This document shows positions 63,845 to 64,000 of a stretch of 64,000 nucleotides of DNA, piece after piece. Where the stretch lies: positions 286,284 through 350,283 of the forward strand of contig JBMNFV010000001.1 of the NCBI GenBank assembly GCA_050949505.1, given 5' to 3'. A program made the translations under genes and the position numbers. The notes below the pieces were generated by a model. That model worked only from the letters and a program-made list of their open reading frames with translations, was not told the DNA's origin and did not search any database. The stretch comes from Patescibacteria group bacterium. Lineage in GTDB: Bacteria; Patescibacteriota; Patescibacteriia; Patescibacteriales; UBA12465. Each line of letters starts with the position of its first letter. Position 1 is the first letter of the stretch.

Positions 63845-64000
63845 ATGAATAAAGGAAAAGATAATTTAGCCGGATACACATTAGTAGAGCTATTAATAGT
63901 AGTCGCTATTATTGCCATTTTATCCACAGTGGGAATCGTATACTACAGCCAACTCCGCTCTAAGCAGCGAGACTCACAACGACTGGTTGATATGCGGGAG
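63845..64000 (+). CDS. type IV pilin-like protein, N-terminal part (runs off the window)
   Basis: MNKGKDNLAGYTLVELLIVVAIIAILSTVGIVYY..., a prepilin-type signature (G|Y, E5, hydrophobic helix). Confidence 0.7.
   Translation, partial: MNKGKDNLAGYTLVELLIVVAIIAILSTVGIVYYSQLRSKQRDSQRLVDMRE

Noticed and set aside
1-64000. Alternative genetic code (UGA recoding, as in some CPR lineages)
   Set aside because: Well-supported genes end at TGA (for example the beta-CASP gene at 4439..4441, the second ABC exporter subunit at 22989..22991 and the lipoprotein at 33191..33193). Conserved proteins are full length under the standard code.

Overview
This 64 kb window looks like a small-genome, AT-leaning bacterium that uses the standard code (TGA serves as a stop). 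The gene content points to a CPR/Patescibacteria-like organism, but that lineage call is inference only: many housekeeping genes without obvious Shine-Dalgarno sequences, a ComFC plus type IV pilus cluster, many membrane-anchored hypotheticals, and TTGACA-N17-TATAAT promoters. Core genes I recognise are recG (partial), metG, ung, gpmI, thrS with a T-box leader, comFC, pilM/N/O/B/C, three pilin-like genes, two ABC exporter subunits, pgeF, holB, frr, rseP, hpf, secA, three tRNAs and a surface-polysaccharide cluster. The main accessory region is an island beginning right after tRNA-Ser(TGA) at about 7.7 kb. It carries a large serine recombinase whose ORF reads antisense through the tRNA. Next to it is a tightly coupled operon of an EcoRI-like N6A methyltransferase, a DUF262(ParB-fold)-HNH protein, a ParB/Srx-like protein and a Dam-like methyltransferase. 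Beyond that lie an HTH-Panacea/RelE-like toxin-antitoxin pair, a Bro-N protein and decayed gene fragments. The most unusual signal is an (AG)7 tract inside the first methyltransferase. All three reading frames downstream of it encode a different but family-typical C-terminal module, so this may be a three-state slippage switch. Other leads are GC-rich triloop hairpin clusters at both ends of the cargo, a nested tandem repeat between divergent glycan genes, G8/G9 tracts and a frameshift in an AT-rich glycosyltransferase cassette, and mosaic tandem pilin genes. All calls rest on reading motifs in the supplied translations and sequence; no database search was run.
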